Source of the DNA: a virus
Lineage: Duplodnaviria > Heunggongvirae > Uroviricota > Caudoviricetes
IMG/VR virus record: IMGVR_UViG_2703718869_000013
Coordinates: 1-64,000 of that record
DNA: 64,000 nt
Strand: one strand, 5' to 3'
Positions 52,493 to 63,640 of this stretch are shown in pieces (within the stretch, counting starts at the first letter, position 1; every line of letters begins with the position of its first letter). Made by a program: the position numbers and the translations under genes. Below the pieces are notes generated by a model. That model saw only the letters and a list, made by a program, of their open reading frames with translations, made no database searches and was not told the DNA's origin.

Positions 52493-53328
52493 TGCAGCGT
52501 TCCTGGTTTAATAACCGGCTTACATCAGCTAAGCAAAAGTCATTGCTCTATAAATCATTGGCTGATTTGGTTCAGTCAATGATGGACACCTTTGTTGACC
52601 CATGGTTGGAGCGAATTACCAACCGGAAGTCTATTTTCTCCATGAGCAAGGAGGATCTGGAGACCAGGACAAATGAACTTGGCCAGTTCTTTACTATCAG
52701 AACCTCGGACTCATCTTCCGTTCCGATGTTGTTACAACAGCGGCTTGATGAGATCCACTTTAAGGGAACTGAACGTCCTATAAACCAGACAATTTACCGC
52801 GAATTTAACGGTATTTCTGTTTTATGGGATCCGATATATGCACCGGTGGACCTTGAGCGTCATCCCTATGGCACAGTTCTAATACCAGAAAGCACATTGG
52901 AGACTACCGGCGGCACATTCGGCGAGATGTTTCTGACTTCCAGAGGGATGATCAGTATTCCCATAAACGACCTGGCCCGGACAATGGGTATTACTGGCAC
53001 GATAGATCAGTCCGCAATTACAGAAGAAATTCTCAGAAAGTTTAATCAGTTCGTAAAGCCTCTACTGCCACTGCATATAGTGTTTGATGGGCTTACGCTC
53101 TATTTGTCGGTTGTTGTAAATGAACAGGCCGACATGATCACTTTGAACGAGATTTCTGATACCGAAAAAGCATTCTGCTGGTTTGAAACTTCGGATACAA
53201 CTTCGCTTACTGGAGTTACGTCGATTAGCGCCCCGATCACCGCAACGCCTGGTGGCACTATTGTGAAAGCGACACCTACGTTTGATCGCACCCGCGCAGA
53301 TGATTTGTTGCTGGATAGCGACGCCTGA
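52489..53328 (+). CDS. baseplate/tail protein (gpI-like position)
   Basis: 279 aa, coupled to upstream gene; followed by hairpin 53332..53356. Confidence 0.4.
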   Translation: MMQRSWFNNRLTSAKQKSLLYKSLADLVQSMMDTFVDPWLERITNRKSIFSMSKEDLETRTNELGQFFTIRTSDSSSVPMLLQQRLDEIHFKGTERPINQTIYREFNGISVLWDPIYAPVDLERHPYGTVLIPESTLETTGGTFGEMFLTSRGMISIPINDLARTMGITGTIDQSAITEEILRKFNQFVKPLLPLHIVFDGLTLYLSVVVNEQADMITLNEISDTEKAFCWFETSDTTSLTGVTSISAPITATPGGTIVKATPTFDRTRADDLLLDSDA

Positions 53329-53406
53329 CAATCACCCCGTCCGCAGGGCGGGGTGACAAGTTACTTCTCTTACAATGAGGCTTCACAACAGTGATTAGGG
53401 AAAATC

Positions 53407-53841
53407 ATGTCTGACGTCTCAACAAACCTCTATAAGAGTCAGTTGTTGGACTATTACTATCAGCGGCGCGCTGAATCGTCCATTAACAAAGGCTCTCGAT
53501 TTTTAATCAGCAAGGCCGTTTTCGGTACCAGTTCTCTGGTTACTAAGAAAGGAGATGGCACTTATGAGATTGGAGAACTGCCAAAGGCTTTCGATCTGGC
53601 AGAACTGACCAGCCAATTTTGTACCATCAACCTCGTGCCAACCTACTCAGGTGGGATAATTACTGTCCGAATGGACCTTGATCAAAGCCAGTTGCAGGAA
53701 GGGAAAAACTACCCATTCAACACTCTGGTTGTTCTGGATAACGAGAACAAGCCAATCGCCATTATTTGTGTCCAGGAAGACTCGCTGTATGTGGGCAAAA
53801 CATATACCGCAGTTATGGCCATAAACACGACTACAGCATAA
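53407..53841 (+). CDS. tail fibre-associated structural protein (144 aa)
   Basis: immediately upstream of the tail fibre gene. Confidence 0.4.
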   Translation: MSDVSTNLYKSQLLDYYYQRRAESSINKGSRFLISKAVFGTSSLVTKKGDGTYEIGELPKAFDLAELTSQFCTINLVPTYSGGIITVRMDLDQSQLQEGKNYPFNTLVVLDNENKPIAIICVQEDSLYVGKTYTAVMAINTTTA

Positions 53842-53852
53842 GGATATGCTTG

Positions 53853-56702
53853 ATGAATGACGTTACAGTTGTTACATCGGTTACTTACCCATCACCCGAG
53901 TCGTTGGCTCTGGTTGCTGATGTGCAATACCACGAACCATATCTGTCAGCCGCGCTAAACCGAAAATTCAGGGGGATTGTTGACCCGGGATTTTATGCCG
54001 GTTTCTTACCTAAGCCTGGCGGTGGGATGAACCTGTTAATCACCTCAGTGGATGGAGATAAAACCGCAGGCGCGGCGTCGGTGGATATTGGTGAATTCTA
54101 CCAGGTAACTATTCAGCAATGTACGGATATTCCTCTTGCACTTAGTGCAGGCAAGAAATATGCAATTGTGCTGAAGGGAAGATACCTCCTTGGAGAGGAT
54201 ACCTATCAGGTTAATACCGCGTCACATATTCATGCGGCTGAATTTGTTACCAGAACCTATACCGATTCATATCAGTTAGGAGATGGGGAGCTGCTTGTTT
54301 GTACGGTGAATATCCCTGCTGGAGTATCAGCCATTACCCAGGAGATGATTGATACATCCGAGCGTATTAACCGCACGATCGGCATTGATATCTCAGACTC
54401 TGTAACCAGTAGCAGAAGTGATGTTGCTGCAAGTTCGCTGGCAGTTAAAAAAGCCTACGATCTGGCGAACAGTAAGTATACGGCGCAGGATGCAAGCACA
54501 ACGCAAAAGGGATTAGTTCAGCTCAGTAGCGAAACTAACAGCGACAGCGAAACAATGGCGGCTACCCCTAAAGCCGTTAAGTCTGTAAAAGATCTTGCTG
54601 ATACCAAAGCGCCAATAGAAAGCCCGAGTCTGACAGGAACGCCAACCGCGCCGACGGCAGCGCAAGGTACAAATAGCACGCAGATCGCAAATACAGCCTT
54701 TGTTAAGGCAGCTATAACGGCACTTATCAACGGTGCACCTGGCACACTGGATACGCTTAAAGAAATAGCTGCTGCGATCAATAACGACCCGAATTTCAGC
54801 ACAACTATCAACAATGCTCTGGCTCTTAAAGCTCCTTTAGCAAGTCCTGCATTAACGGGAATACCTACTGCGCCTACCGCTGCACAGGGTACGAATAACA
54901 CGCAGATTGCTACGACCGCTTATGTAAGAGCTGCCATATCCGCATTGGTTGGTTCATCACCAGAAGCTCTTGATACCCTGAATGAGCTTGCCGCAGCACT
55001 TGGTAATGACCCGAACTTTGCGACAACAATGACAAATGCGCTGGCAGGCAAACAGCCTCTGGATGCAACTTTAACCGCGCTTGCTGGTCTTGCTACAGGC
55101 GCAAATAAATTGCCGTACTTTACCGGTACAGACACTATTTCTCAGACTGACTTAACGTCAGTCGGTCGCGATATTCTGGCCAAAACAAGCGTCCTTGCTG
55201 TTATCCAATACCTTGATTTAAGAGAACTTGGCACAAGCGGTGAAAAGATCCCCCTGTTGAGCACGGCTAACAAATGGGGTGCACGCCAGACTTTCAACGG
55301 TGGGATCACCGGGGCGCTGACAGGGAACGCCGACACCGCGACGAAATTAAAAACAGCCATAAACATTAATGGCGTCAGATTCGATGGTTCGGCTGACATT
55401 AATATCAATACTCTGGTATCTCGCGGTCGCGTAACGGCCCTAGAGGCGAATGCACAGGGAACATCCGGGATTCAGCTGTATGAGGCATACAACAATGGCT
55501 ACCCTTCCCCCTATGGCAATGTGCTTCACCTTAAAGGTGCCACCGCTGCTGGCGAAGGTGAGTTATTCATTGGCTGGAGTGGCACGAGCGGTGACCATGC
55601 GCCCGTACATATCCGTTCGCGGCGTGATACTGATTCTGCCAACTGGTCTGAATGGGCGCAGGTCTATACGTCAAAAGATTCAATTCCCGGCGTCAATGCC
55701 AAAGGGGATCAGGACACCTCTGGTAATGCGGCTACAGCGACCAAGTTGCAGACAGCATGTACTATCAATGGCGTCTCGTTTGATGGTTCTACTGATATCA
55801 CTTTAACCGCTGCGCATGTTGCTGCTTTTGCCAGAAGAGCAACGGATACGTATGCCGATGCGGATGGGGGCGTTCCCTGGAATGCCGAATCAGGCGCTTA
55901 CAATGTCATTCGCTCTGCCGACAGCTATATTCTGGTTAACTTCTATACCGGAGTCGGAAGTTGCCCGACCTTGCAGATGAAGGCGCATTACAGAAATGGT
56001 GGTCTGTTCTACCGTTCTTCAAGAGACGGTTATGGTTTTGAGGAAGACTGGGCAGAAGTTTATACCTCGAAAAATCTTCCACCAGAAAGCTACCCAGTCG
56101 GCGCACCAATCCCGTGGCCATCAGATACCGTTCCGTCTGGTTATGCCCTGATGCAGGGGCAGACTTTTGACAAATCTGCATACCCGAAACTTGCAGCGGC
56201 TTATCCGTCAGGCGTTATTCCTGATATGCGTGGCTGGACGATTAAGGGCAAGCCCGGCAGTGGTCGTGCCGTATTGTCTCAGGAACAGGACGGCATTAAA
56301 TCGCACACCCACAGCGCCAGCGCATCCAGTACGGATTTGGGGACGAAAACCACATCGTCGTTTGATTACGGTACTAAAACGACCAGTTCATTTGATTACG
56401 GCACAAAAACTACGAATAGCGCTGGAAATCATTCACACAATATACCTGTTGGTCACACTGGCGCGGGGAATGGTGTATCAGCCGGTTTTAACGCTGCGTT
56501 AGGTACTGGTACCACGTCGAGCGCAGGCGAGCATGCTCACAATGTATATATCGGTGCCCATAACCACACTATCGGCATTGGTGCTCATGCCCATTCTGTC
56601 ATTATTGGTCCCCACGGACACACCATCACCGTTAACGCTACGGGTAACGAAGAAAACACCGTAAAAAACATCGCATTTAACTATATTGTGAGGCTTGCAT
56701 AA
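53853..56702 (+). CDS. tail fibre protein (about 949 aa) with repetitive C-terminal receptor-binding region
   Basis: repeats LTG(T/I)[11 protein letters not shown](S/N)TQIA(N/T)TA and [10 protein letters not shown] (two exact copies plus [10 protein letters not shown]), His-rich HxH C-terminus; ATG at 53853. Confidence 0.7.
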   Translation: MNDVTVVTSVTYPSPESLALVADVQYHEPYLSAALNRKFRGIVDPGFYAGFLPKPGGGMNLLITSVDGDKTAGAASVDIGEFYQVTIQQCTDIPLALSAGKKYAIVLKGRYLLGEDTYQVNTASHIHAAEFVTRTYTDSYQLGDGELLVCTVNIPAGVSAITQEMIDTSERINRTIGIDISDSVTSSRSDVAASSLAVKKAYDLANSKYTAQDASTTQKGLVQLSSETNSDSETMAATPKAVKSVKDLADTKAPIESPSLTGTPTAPTAAQGTNSTQIANTAFVKAAITALINGAPGTLDTLKEIAAAINNDPNFSTTINNALALKAPLASPALTGIPTAPTAAQGTNNTQIATTAYVRAAISALVGSSPEALDTLNELAAALGNDPNFATTMTNALAGKQPLDATLTALAGLATGANKLPYFTGTDTISQTDLTSVGRDILAKTSVLAVIQYLDLRELGTSGEKIPLLSTANKWGARQTFNGGITGALTGNADTATKLKTAININGVRFDGSADININTLVSRGRVTALEANAQGTSGIQLYEAYNNGYPSPYGNVLHLKGATAAGEGELFIGWSGTSGDHAPVHIRSRRDTDSANWSEWAQVYTSKDSIPGVNAKGDQDTSGNAATATKLQTACTINGVSFDGSTDITLTAAHVAAFARRATDTYADADGGVPWNAESGAYNVIRSADSYILVNFYTGVGSCPTLQMKAHYRNGGLFYRSSRDGYGFEEDWAEVYTSKNLPPESYPVGAPIPWPSDTVPSGYALMQGQTFDKSAYPKLAAAYPSGVIPDMRGWTIKGKPGSGRAVLSQEQDGIKSHTHSASASSTDLGTKTTSSFDYGTKTTSSFDYGTKTTNSAGNHSHNIPVGHTGAGNGVSAGFNAALGTGTTSSAGEHAHNVYIGAHNHTIGIGAHAHSVIIGPHGHTITVNATGNEENTVKNIAFNYIVRLA

Positions 56703-57280
56703 TGACATTCAGAATGAGTGAACAATCACGGACCATAAAAATTTATAATCTACTGGCTGGAACCAATGAGTTTATTGGTGAAGGTGATGCATACATTCCA
56801 CCTCATACAGGTCTGCCTGCAAACAGTACCGATATTGCCCCGCCAGATATTCCGGCTGGCTTCGTGGCCGTTTTCAACAGTGATGAGGCATCGTGGAATC
56901 TCGTTGAAGACCATCGGGGAAAAACCGTCTATGACGTGGCTTCCGGCGACGCGTTATTTATTTCTGAACTTGGCCCATTACCGGAAAATGTCACCTGGTT
57001 ATCCCCGGAAGGGGAGTTTCAGAAGTGGAACGGCACAGCCTGGGTGAAAGATGCAGAAGCAGAAAAACTGTTCCGGATCCGGAAGGCGGAAGAAACAAAA
57101 AACAGCCTGATGCAGATGGCCAGTGAGCATATTGCGCCACTTCAGGATGCCGTAGATTTGGATATTGCGACGGAGGAAGAGGCATCGTTACTGACTGCAT
57201 GGAAGACATATCGGGTATTGTTGAATCGTGTTGATACAACAGTAGCATCGGATGTTGAGTGGCCAGTCGCCCCGCAATAA
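56702..57280 (+). CDS. tail fibre assembly protein
   Basis: 192 aa, typical Tfa-like protein directly after the fibre gene. Confidence 0.7.
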   Translation: MTFRMSEQSRTIKIYNLLAGTNEFIGEGDAYIPPHTGLPANSTDIAPPDIPAGFVAVFNSDEASWNLVEDHRGKTVYDVASGDALFISELGPLPENVTWLSPEGEFQKWNGTAWVKDAEAEKLFRIRKAEETKNSLMQMASEHIAPLQDAVDLDIATEEEASLLTAWKTYRVLLNRVDTTVASDVEWPVAPQ

Positions 57281-57323
57281 AAGGATAAAGCCATCGATAG
57301 AAATATTGATGGCTTCATGTACT

Positions 57324-57827
57324 CTATTTATACAATACAACACCGCTCTTTTTTGTTATATATGTGCAGTTCGATGGTATATCTTTATTTATAAAAGACA
57401 TTGCACCTATTTTTACATTATCCCCAATTTTACGTGATAATCCAATGATGCAACAATTAGCTCCGATATCAACGTTATTACCAATTTTTACTCTTGAACC
57501 AGGCATGTCACCATCTACCTGTCCAATGGTAGTATTCTGTCGCAAAACCAGATTTTCACCAGCATCAACAGCAAAATGAACAACAATTCCAGTATGATGG
57601 GGAATTGTTAAACCTTTTCCAATATTTGCGCCCAATCCAATTTCGCAACCAAATCTGTTAATTATATTATTGTTTAACTTTCTGGCTGCTTTCTTATGTA
57701 ATTTATTGCCATTAATATACATTTCATTAGCCAGTCTCCACCAGAAAAGGAAATTCCGATTGCGCTGCTTCTTCTCTCTTAATAGTCGCCAAACATCCAT
57801 TTTTTCACGCCTGATGATTTCAGCCAT
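57324..57827 (-). CDS. hexapeptide-repeat acyltransferase (serine acetyltransferase/WcaB-like)
   Basis: left-handed beta-helix hexapeptide repeats (GCEIGLGANIGKG, IGNNVDIGANCCI, IGDNVKIGA); AT-rich; start set at internal MAEII. Confidence 0.55.
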   Translation of the reverse strand: MAEIIRREKMDVWRLLREKKQRNRNFLFWWRLANEMYINGNKLHKKAARKLNNNIINRFGCEIGLGANIGKGLTIPHHTGIVVHFAVDAGENLVLRQNTTIGQVDGDMPGSRVKIGNNVDIGANCCIIGLSRKIGDNVKIGAMSFINKDIPSNCTYITKKSGVVLYK

Positions 57828-58604
57828 CCAGTAGCTCAATAGAGCTTTTGAATTCCCGAAGATGACAAAGTGAATAGCTATTAAGTAACATAACATATTG
57901 CAACTGCCTATATTTTTTGGTTTCTATGTTTATATATTGACATTATAATTAAAACAATAATCATCAGTGTGTTACTGCGTTCCTGCTAAACTAAATCAAC
58001 GCACAATGTAAACACAAATGTTAATTTTAAACTGAGCGCTAAAGGGATGTCAATATTGTATTGATAATGAGTTGCAAGATTGCCAACACTTTCTATATTT
58101 TTGGATGTAATAATTTATATTTTATCTATTTAGTGTTTCTTTAGACTTATTAAGGATGTCATTATTAATTTATGGCTTGCCATTTCTATACATATCTGTT
58201 AAAAATTTTGACTTGTTTGTTGAAAATAGATTTAATTGATTGGTTTATTTTTTACATGACGCTCTTTAATATAGCTTCAGGTATATATAAGCACAATGCA
58301 TTATTTCCAGAGGAAATTAACAAAATTGTTAGCTCTTATTTGTTGAGCTTATAGATATTAATTAAGGCCCGATTCCGGGCCTTTCCTCATTCCGGCTTTT
58401 CGGGAAACGTTACTGGAAGGATGGAGGTATCCGTGGATTCGACTTTCTGCGCATAGAGAATCCACTCGGTTAATTTTTGTTTACCCTGAACGGAAATAAT
58501 GCCTAGCCGTAACTGTGAGTCCCAGAGCTGAGTTTTATCCCTGACGAGCTGTAGCAGGCTTTGCTTTTCTTTTTCCGCTTGTTGTCTTTGCATGACCGGT
58601 TGAG

Positions 58605-58622
58605 AAGTTACTTTGCATACCA
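58605..58622 (+). promoter_or_regulatory. putative P1-type late promoter upstream of lydA (AAGTTACTT, 4 nt, TACCAT)
   Basis: same palindrome and spacing as at 32902. Confidence 0.35.
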
Positions 58623-58651
58623 TTACCTCCTGACAACGTAGGAGGGAACTT

Positions 58652-58981
58652 GTGCTTGACACACAGGAATTAGCTCCAGTTGCTATTGCGCTCCTGCTTT
58701 CAGTAATTGGTGGGATAGGCACGTTCCTGATGGATGTCCGAGACGGTCGCCAGTCTGGCAATTTGTTGGGATTGGTTACGGAGATCTTTGTTGCAGTGAC
58801 AGCTGGCGCGGTGGCGTACCTATTGGGGCAACACGAGGGCTGGGAGTTATCAATTACGTACTTAATGGTAACGATAGCCAGCAATAACGGTCATGAGGTG
58901 ATTTCAGGGATGAAACGAGTGAATATCGATAGCATTCTGAATGTTCTTACAAGTTTGGTGAAAAAGGGAGGTGGGAAATGA
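58652..58981 (+). CDS. lydA: holin-like membrane protein
   Basis: GTG start with GGAGGG RBS; two or three TM helices in 109 aa; first gene of lyd-dar operon. Confidence 0.5.
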   Translation: MLDTQELAPVAIALLLSVIGGIGTFLMDVRDGRQSGNLLGLVTEIFVAVTAGAVAYLLGQHEGWELSITYLMVTIASNNGHEVISGMKRVNIDSILNVLTSLVKKGGGK

Positions 58982-59421
58982 TTGGCTGGGGTGTATGCGC
59001 TCTTGCGTTAGCCTTAGCCGATCGCTATTTGCTAAAACGCAAGGACATCACGCATTTAGAACTTGGTGATGTGGAAATTAAACCGGGTTTCATCCGGGTG
59101 CCGTTCAAATACCGGTCTAAATTCCCGTTTTTGCGCGGCGCAACGGTCAGATATTGGATCCGCGATGTTCAGAAGCCAACGACAGTGATTGAAGGCGAAC
59201 AACGTTGTCTGACGTCGGCTGAACAGGGCGAAAACAGTGAATGGTTGTACATACCCACTGAATATATGGGTAAAGGAGAACGGCTGTGGCATTTCAACGT
59301 CATGGTTACGCATGGCGACTCGTTCATTAACCCGTTGTATCGGATTTTCCCTGTTACTCAGCAAATCCGCAGAAGTTACGTAATAAATCTCGCACAGGAT
59401 GTGTCAGATGACGAAAAATAA
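58978..59421 (+). CDS. lydB: LydB-like lysis regulator (putative antiholin)
   Basis: 147 aa, N-terminal TM segment, coupled to lydA. Confidence 0.4.
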   Translation: MIGWGVCALALALADRYLLKRKDITHLELGDVEIKPGFIRVPFKYRSKFPFLRGATVRYWIRDVQKPTTVIEGEQRCLTSAEQGENSEWLYIPTEYMGKGERLWHFNVMVTHGDSFINPLYRIFPVTQQIRRSYVINLAQDVSDDEK

Positions 59422-60010
59422 GTATGCAACGGTCGATTTTGACCAGGTTAATGAAAAGGGGCTGAAATCCCTTATCGCGGCGATCAATAAAACCGGTGTT
59501 ACGGTAATTGAGGTTGACTCCAGCAACCGCGCAACAACGAAAGATGGCGTTAAAGTTAAAACCGCAAAGCTGGTTCTTAACGACGGACAAATTCTTGCCA
59601 TACAGGTAAACGATACTGGCGATATATCGTCTGTGAGGCTGAATGGAAAAGCTATTCCTAACGCTCAGTCGCCGGATATCAAGACGCTTGGTACCGTCAT
59701 GGGGCAAGCGGCCCGCAAAAACTCCGCAAAATTCCAGAAATCACTGATCGCCAAAGCGAAACGTGTTGCCAATCCGGTAGACAAGAAACCGGCAGTAAAA
59801 TCCAACTTTCAGCGCCTGCAAGAGGCAAAACAGCGGAATGCTCAGGTGGTTGCCGCTTATAAATCAGCGCAGAACTCGGTGTCTTTCAATCAACAGCAGA
59901 TCACTGATTTGCGGGCGAAGCTGGATAAGGAGACAGGCCGACTCAATAACGAAAAGGCCCGAAATGGCGAACTCAAACGCCGTCTTAAGCAACTGAAAGC
60001 AGGAAATTAA
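59408..60010 (+). CDS. hdf: Hdf-like protein (homologous to a DarA fragment)
   Basis: AARKNSAKFQK matches AEKNSAKFQR within the downstream darA product. Confidence 0.45.
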   Translation: MTKNKYATVDFDQVNEKGLKSLIAAINKTGVTVIEVDSSNRATTKDGVKVKTAKLVLNDGQILAIQVNDTGDISSVRLNGKAIPNAQSPDIKTLGTVMGQAARKNSAKFQKSLIAKAKRVANPVDKKPAVKSNFQRLQEAKQRNAQVVAAYKSAQNSVSFNQQQITDLRAKLDKETGRLNNEKARNGELKRRLKQLKAGN

Positions 60011-60011
60011 C

Positions 60012-61931
60012 ATGGAACAGTTCAATATCAATAAAGGGGTGGCGATCAAGCCTGGGCTTGACGTGCTTCCCCCGCCAGTGACTGATGATGAATATCGCGC
60101 ATTAATGGCCGGTGAGGACCGCTATCTGATGACGGAATCCAACACCCTGGAGGAAATCGAGGCTACGTTCTTCTATGACACGCCGATCCACTGGTGTGCT
60201 ACGGATTTACTGGAGGCGATTAGTTCTACTCGTTTGCAGCTACACCGGACCATGCAGGCATTTGTCCGGGCATTGAACCAGAAGCTGAATGGTACCGGAA
60301 TCTCTGCGGGGAGTGATAAAACGGGGGACGTGGCCCAGAACGGTGCACGCGCGATCGGCGGGGCTGAAATTGGCCGGGCGCGTAACGTTAACGGGCTGCC
60401 GGTTCTGCCAGCCATTATTCCGCTCAGTGATGGTCAGACTATCAGCATTCTGTTTCATAGCCCGACAGCGGAAAACCGGATCACCAATAGCGATACGCTG
60501 ATTGCTTTCCAGTTCTTACTGAATAAAAAAGACGTTACTCATACCGTTGCTCCGATGAGTGGACGTGATATGACGCTGGCGCAGGTCACCATGAAACTTG
60601 CCAACCTTGCAGAGAAAAACTCGGCAAAATTCCAGCGTGCGCAGAAGAAGAAAAAAGCCCTGGTTGATGAAATAACCCAACTACAGGCTGACAGTGACCA
60701 GAAAGAGGATGCCATGAGCGACCTCGCGGATCAGGTGGCAGCGGTAGAAGGCCAGAAGGCAGATCTGGAGCAGAAAATTAACGTGGTTGCTTCGGAAGCG
60801 GATTCTCTTTATCAAGAAAATGAGCGTTTGCAGGCGGAGATTGATCAGCTCAATCGCACTGGTGGGCGCGATACCATTGCTCCTGCGGGGATGACTGGTG
60901 GGCACTCTCGCGTGCTGACGGATCGCCTTGCCAGTATCAAAAATCGTATGCATATGGACGGGGAAGCGACGCTCAGTAATGGTGCATCAATGAAGCAATT
61001 CATTGGGGATGGCGAAGGGTATATCCAGTTAACCGATCCGGATGGCAGCGTATACATGATCAAGGCTAAATCCATACAGGGTGTGGACATGGCAGATGCG
61101 ATCGGCAAGCTGTTTAAAGCCTATAAAGCGGGTAATGTATCGGAATACCTGGTCCAACCAGAAGAACATAAACCGGAAAACGTCGAACCTGAACCAGCGG
61201 AGGATACCGGTAGCTCTTCGCCTGAACCAGAAGTCTCTGTAGGTGCATATCGATATGCCCTGCAAATGCGTCCGGCGGCCCCTGGCGCAATACCTGAAGG
61301 TAACAAAGCAATTCTGCCGCGCCCTGATGAAGGTGACCCGTATTATGAATATGCACGCTACGGCATTGCTACTTACGATACCCCGCTTTCTGATCAGCAA
61401 ATGAGTGAGTACGACCTGAAGTTATTGCCTCGCGAGGATTCTTTCGACTTCCTGGCGAAGACACTTACTAATGGTCCGTTTGGCAAATATGCACAAAAAG
61501 CTCTGGATCTGGCCACCAGCTCACCAGACGAGTTCCGCGTAATGCTGAAAACTCAGTTTCAAAAAACTTTCCCCAATATTGCGTTTCCGGGGGGCGCTGG
61601 CACCGAGAAAATGGTGCAGAGCATGATCAATGCATTGCAGGCCGAAGTCGGTGAGATTACTCAGCCAGAACCTGCCCCGGCACAGCCTGATGAAACGGTT
61701 AGCGAAGCAGATGCAGAGGCTAATAAAGCCATTGAATATCTCAATAACGTGATGGATATGCAAAGCACTGACATGGCGGAGATCCGTAACGCCCGGGGTA
61801 ATGTCCGGGAAGCGATTGCAGCCCTTCAGGCTGCCGGGCGTTTTGAGGAAAACGAAGAGCTGGTTAATGGCGCTGCTCGCCACCTGGCTGATCTGCTGGT
61901 AGCAATCCAGAAAGCGGGGGTAGCGGCATGA
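60012..61931 (+). CDS. darA: DarA-like head internal protein (defence against restriction)
   Basis: 639 aa; operon lydA-lydB-hdf-darA-ddrA as recalled for P1. Confidence 0.6.
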   Translation: MEQFNINKGVAIKPGLDVLPPPVTDDEYRALMAGEDRYLMTESNTLEEIEATFFYDTPIHWCATDLLEAISSTRLQLHRTMQAFVRALNQKLNGTGISAGSDKTGDVAQNGARAIGGAEIGRARNVNGLPVLPAIIPLSDGQTISILFHSPTAENRITNSDTLIAFQFLLNKKDVTHTVAPMSGRDMTLAQVTMKLANLAEKNSAKFQRAQKKKKALVDEITQLQADSDQKEDAMSDLADQVAAVEGQKADLEQKINVVASEADSLYQENERLQAEIDQLNRTGGRDTIAPAGMTGGHSRVLTDRLASIKNRMHMDGEATLSNGASMKQFIGDGEGYIQLTDPDGSVYMIKAKSIQGVDMADAIGKLFKAYKAGNVSEYLVQPEEHKPENVEPEPAEDTGSSSPEPEVSVGAYRYALQMRPAAPGAIPEGNKAILPRPDEGDPYYEYARYGIATYDTPLSDQQMSEYDLKLLPREDSFDFLAKTLTNGPFGKYAQKALDLATSSPDEFRVMLKTQFQKTFPNIAFPGGAGTEKMVQSMINALQAEVGEITQPEPAPAQPDETVSEADAEANKAIEYLNNVMDMQSTDMAEIRNARGNVREAIAALQAAGRFEENEELVNGAARHLADLLVAIQKAGVAA

Positions 61932-62293
61932 CACTATCAGCTATTGAGTTAATGGACCTCAGCGATAAGTTGGATGCTCTGATGTCCAAAGCGGCTACCG
62001 CGAGTGGCATGGAGTTGCTGGATATCAGCGATGAAATTGACCAGATCATGCAACAGATGGGGTACGGCGCGTCTGGCGACGGTAGTGGCGAGGAGAAACA
62101 ACCTTCGGAACATGATGGTGTGCCAAAACTGGTTGCTGATTTCCTGGCTGATAAATTCGTCGATCAGAGCACCGATGCATTTATCGGTACGTTGCAGGAC
62201 TTGAGTCAATATGTTGGCACATACATCGATCTGGACCAGGTTAAACAGCACACGGCGGCATGGATAGCCGCCAACATTAAAGAGGCAGCGTGA
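61928..62293 (+). CDS. ddrA: DdrA-like acidic protein
   Basis: 121 aa, coupled to darA. Confidence 0.4.
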   Translation: MTLSAIELMDLSDKLDALMSKAATASGMELLDISDEIDQIMQQMGYGASGDGSGEEKQPSEHDGVPKLVADFLADKFVDQSTDAFIGTLQDLSQYVGTYIDLDQVKQHTAAWIAANIKEAA

Positions 62294-63632
62294 CATCCTC
62301 CACGCCCCGAAGGGCGTGGATTCCTGCTACGTTCAGGCTGTCGCCTGAATCATTTCGGTGGGTTCCTGCTTCAACGGGCGGCCTGACTGCACCATCCCTC
62401 CACAGGCAAGTACGGCGTGTCCCGCCGCTAAAATGTTACGAGCGCCGTTTACATCGGCGTTCGCTGTATATCCACATACCTGGCATCTGAATTTACTTTG
62501 TGACAGGCGATTTTCTTTCGCTGTATGACCACAGCACGCGCAACGCTGGCTTGTGTACGCTGGCGGAACAGCAAGCACCTGACCGCCACGCCAGAGCTGC
62601 TTGTACTCAAGCTGGCGGCGCATTTCATACCAGCCCTGATCCAGTATCGAACGGTTTAAACCTGATTTTGCCCGGACATTGCGACCCGGATGACTTATCG
62701 TTCCCGCCGCTGACTTTGACATGTATTTAACCTTCAAATCCTCAATGACAATCATTGCGTGGTTTTTGCTGATGATCGTTGTGACTTTATGAAGGTAGTC
62801 TCTGCGGATATTTGCGATACGAAAATGCAGTCGCTGTATTTTGCGTTTCTGCTTCTGCCAGTTGTTGCTGAATTTGACCTTGCGGCTTAACTGTCGCTGA
62901 AGTCTCGCCAGCTTCTTCTGGTTTTTCTGAAAACTGTTTACAGGCTCAAAGACTGTGCCATCTGACAGCGTGGCGAGTTTAGCCACGCCAGCATCCAGCC
63001 CGATCATTGATGCTGAAGGGTGAACCGGAGTGGATATTTCACTTTCTGTCTGAATACTGATGTACCACTTACCGCAGGACTGGCTGACAGTGACATTTTT
63101 CACAACTCCCGTGACCTGACGGCTATTCCGGTAGCGCATCCAGCCCAGTTTCGGCAGAAAAATACGGCTGTTTTCCTGATCGAGCTTAACGCCCTGCGGG
63201 TAGCGAAATGCATCATTCTGTCCCCGCTTTTTGAATCGGGGAAAAGCAGCCCGATTCTGGAAGAAGTTTTTGTAAGCCCGCTCAAGGTCTTTCAGTGACT
63301 GTTGCAATGGCTGTGAGGGAGAATCTATAAGCCATTCGGTTTCAGTGTCTTTTTTCCACTCAACCAACCAGGAAGCCATTTTCGTGTAAGGGATGTATTT
63401 TTTACCGGCCTCATGATTCTCATTCTGAAGCGCCAGAGCACGGTTGAAAACGAAACGACAAGCTCCGGCAAAGTGCCTCATTTGACACTCCTGTTGACCA
63501 TCTGGTTTTAACCGGAATTTGAATGACACCTGTTGTTTCATGTCACTATTTTAAGCAAAAATAGCCGGGAGGAAAACTGTGCCTTATATCCCCACTATGA
63601 GGAGCGTAGGGGGCGGCACATTGGATAAGGCG
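62294..63632 (-). mobile_element. IS200/IS605-family insertion carrying only tnpB (ends approximate)
   Basis: tnpB ORF; subterminal hairpin 62300..62319; TTAC at the proposed left-end junction (about 63633..63636 on the minus strand); no tnpA. Confidence 0.55.
62333..63541 (-). CDS. tnpB: TnpB (OrfB) RNA-guided nuclease-like transposon protein
   Basis: RuvC-like [20 protein letters not shown] and zinc finger CACCGH...CQVCG; 402 aa. Confidence 0.85.
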   Translation of the reverse strand: MKQQVSFKFRLKPDGQQECQMRHFAGACRFVFNRALALQNENHEAGKKYIPYTKMASWLVEWKKDTETEWLIDSPSQPLQQSLKDLERAYKNFFQNRAAFPRFKKRGQNDAFRYPQGVKLDQENSRIFLPKLGWMRYRNSRQVTGVVKNVTVSQSCGKWYISIQTESEISTPVHPSASMIGLDAGVAKLATLSDGTVFEPVNSFQKNQKKLARLQRQLSRKVKFSNNWQKQKRKIQRLHFRIANIRRDYLHKVTTIISKNHAMIVIEDLKVKYMSKSAAGTISHPGRNVRAKSGLNRSILDQGWYEMRRQLEYKQLWRGGQVLAVPPAYTSQRCACCGHTAKENRLSQSKFRCQVCGYTANADVNGARNILAAGHAVLACGGMVQSGRPLKQEPTEMIQATA

Positions 63633-63640
63633 TAACAGGG

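Noticed and set aside
57280-58400. Invertible tail-fibre segment with a serine recombinase, expected from P1
   Set aside because: No inverted duplicate fibre exons, crossover repeats or recombinase gene were found in the window; the position is occupied by an acetyltransferase cargo gene instead.
58387-58884. 165-aa minus-strand ORF overlapping lydA
   Set aside because: Low-complexity translation with no RBS; the plus-strand holin-like gene with GGAGGG RBS and late-promoter element explains the region.
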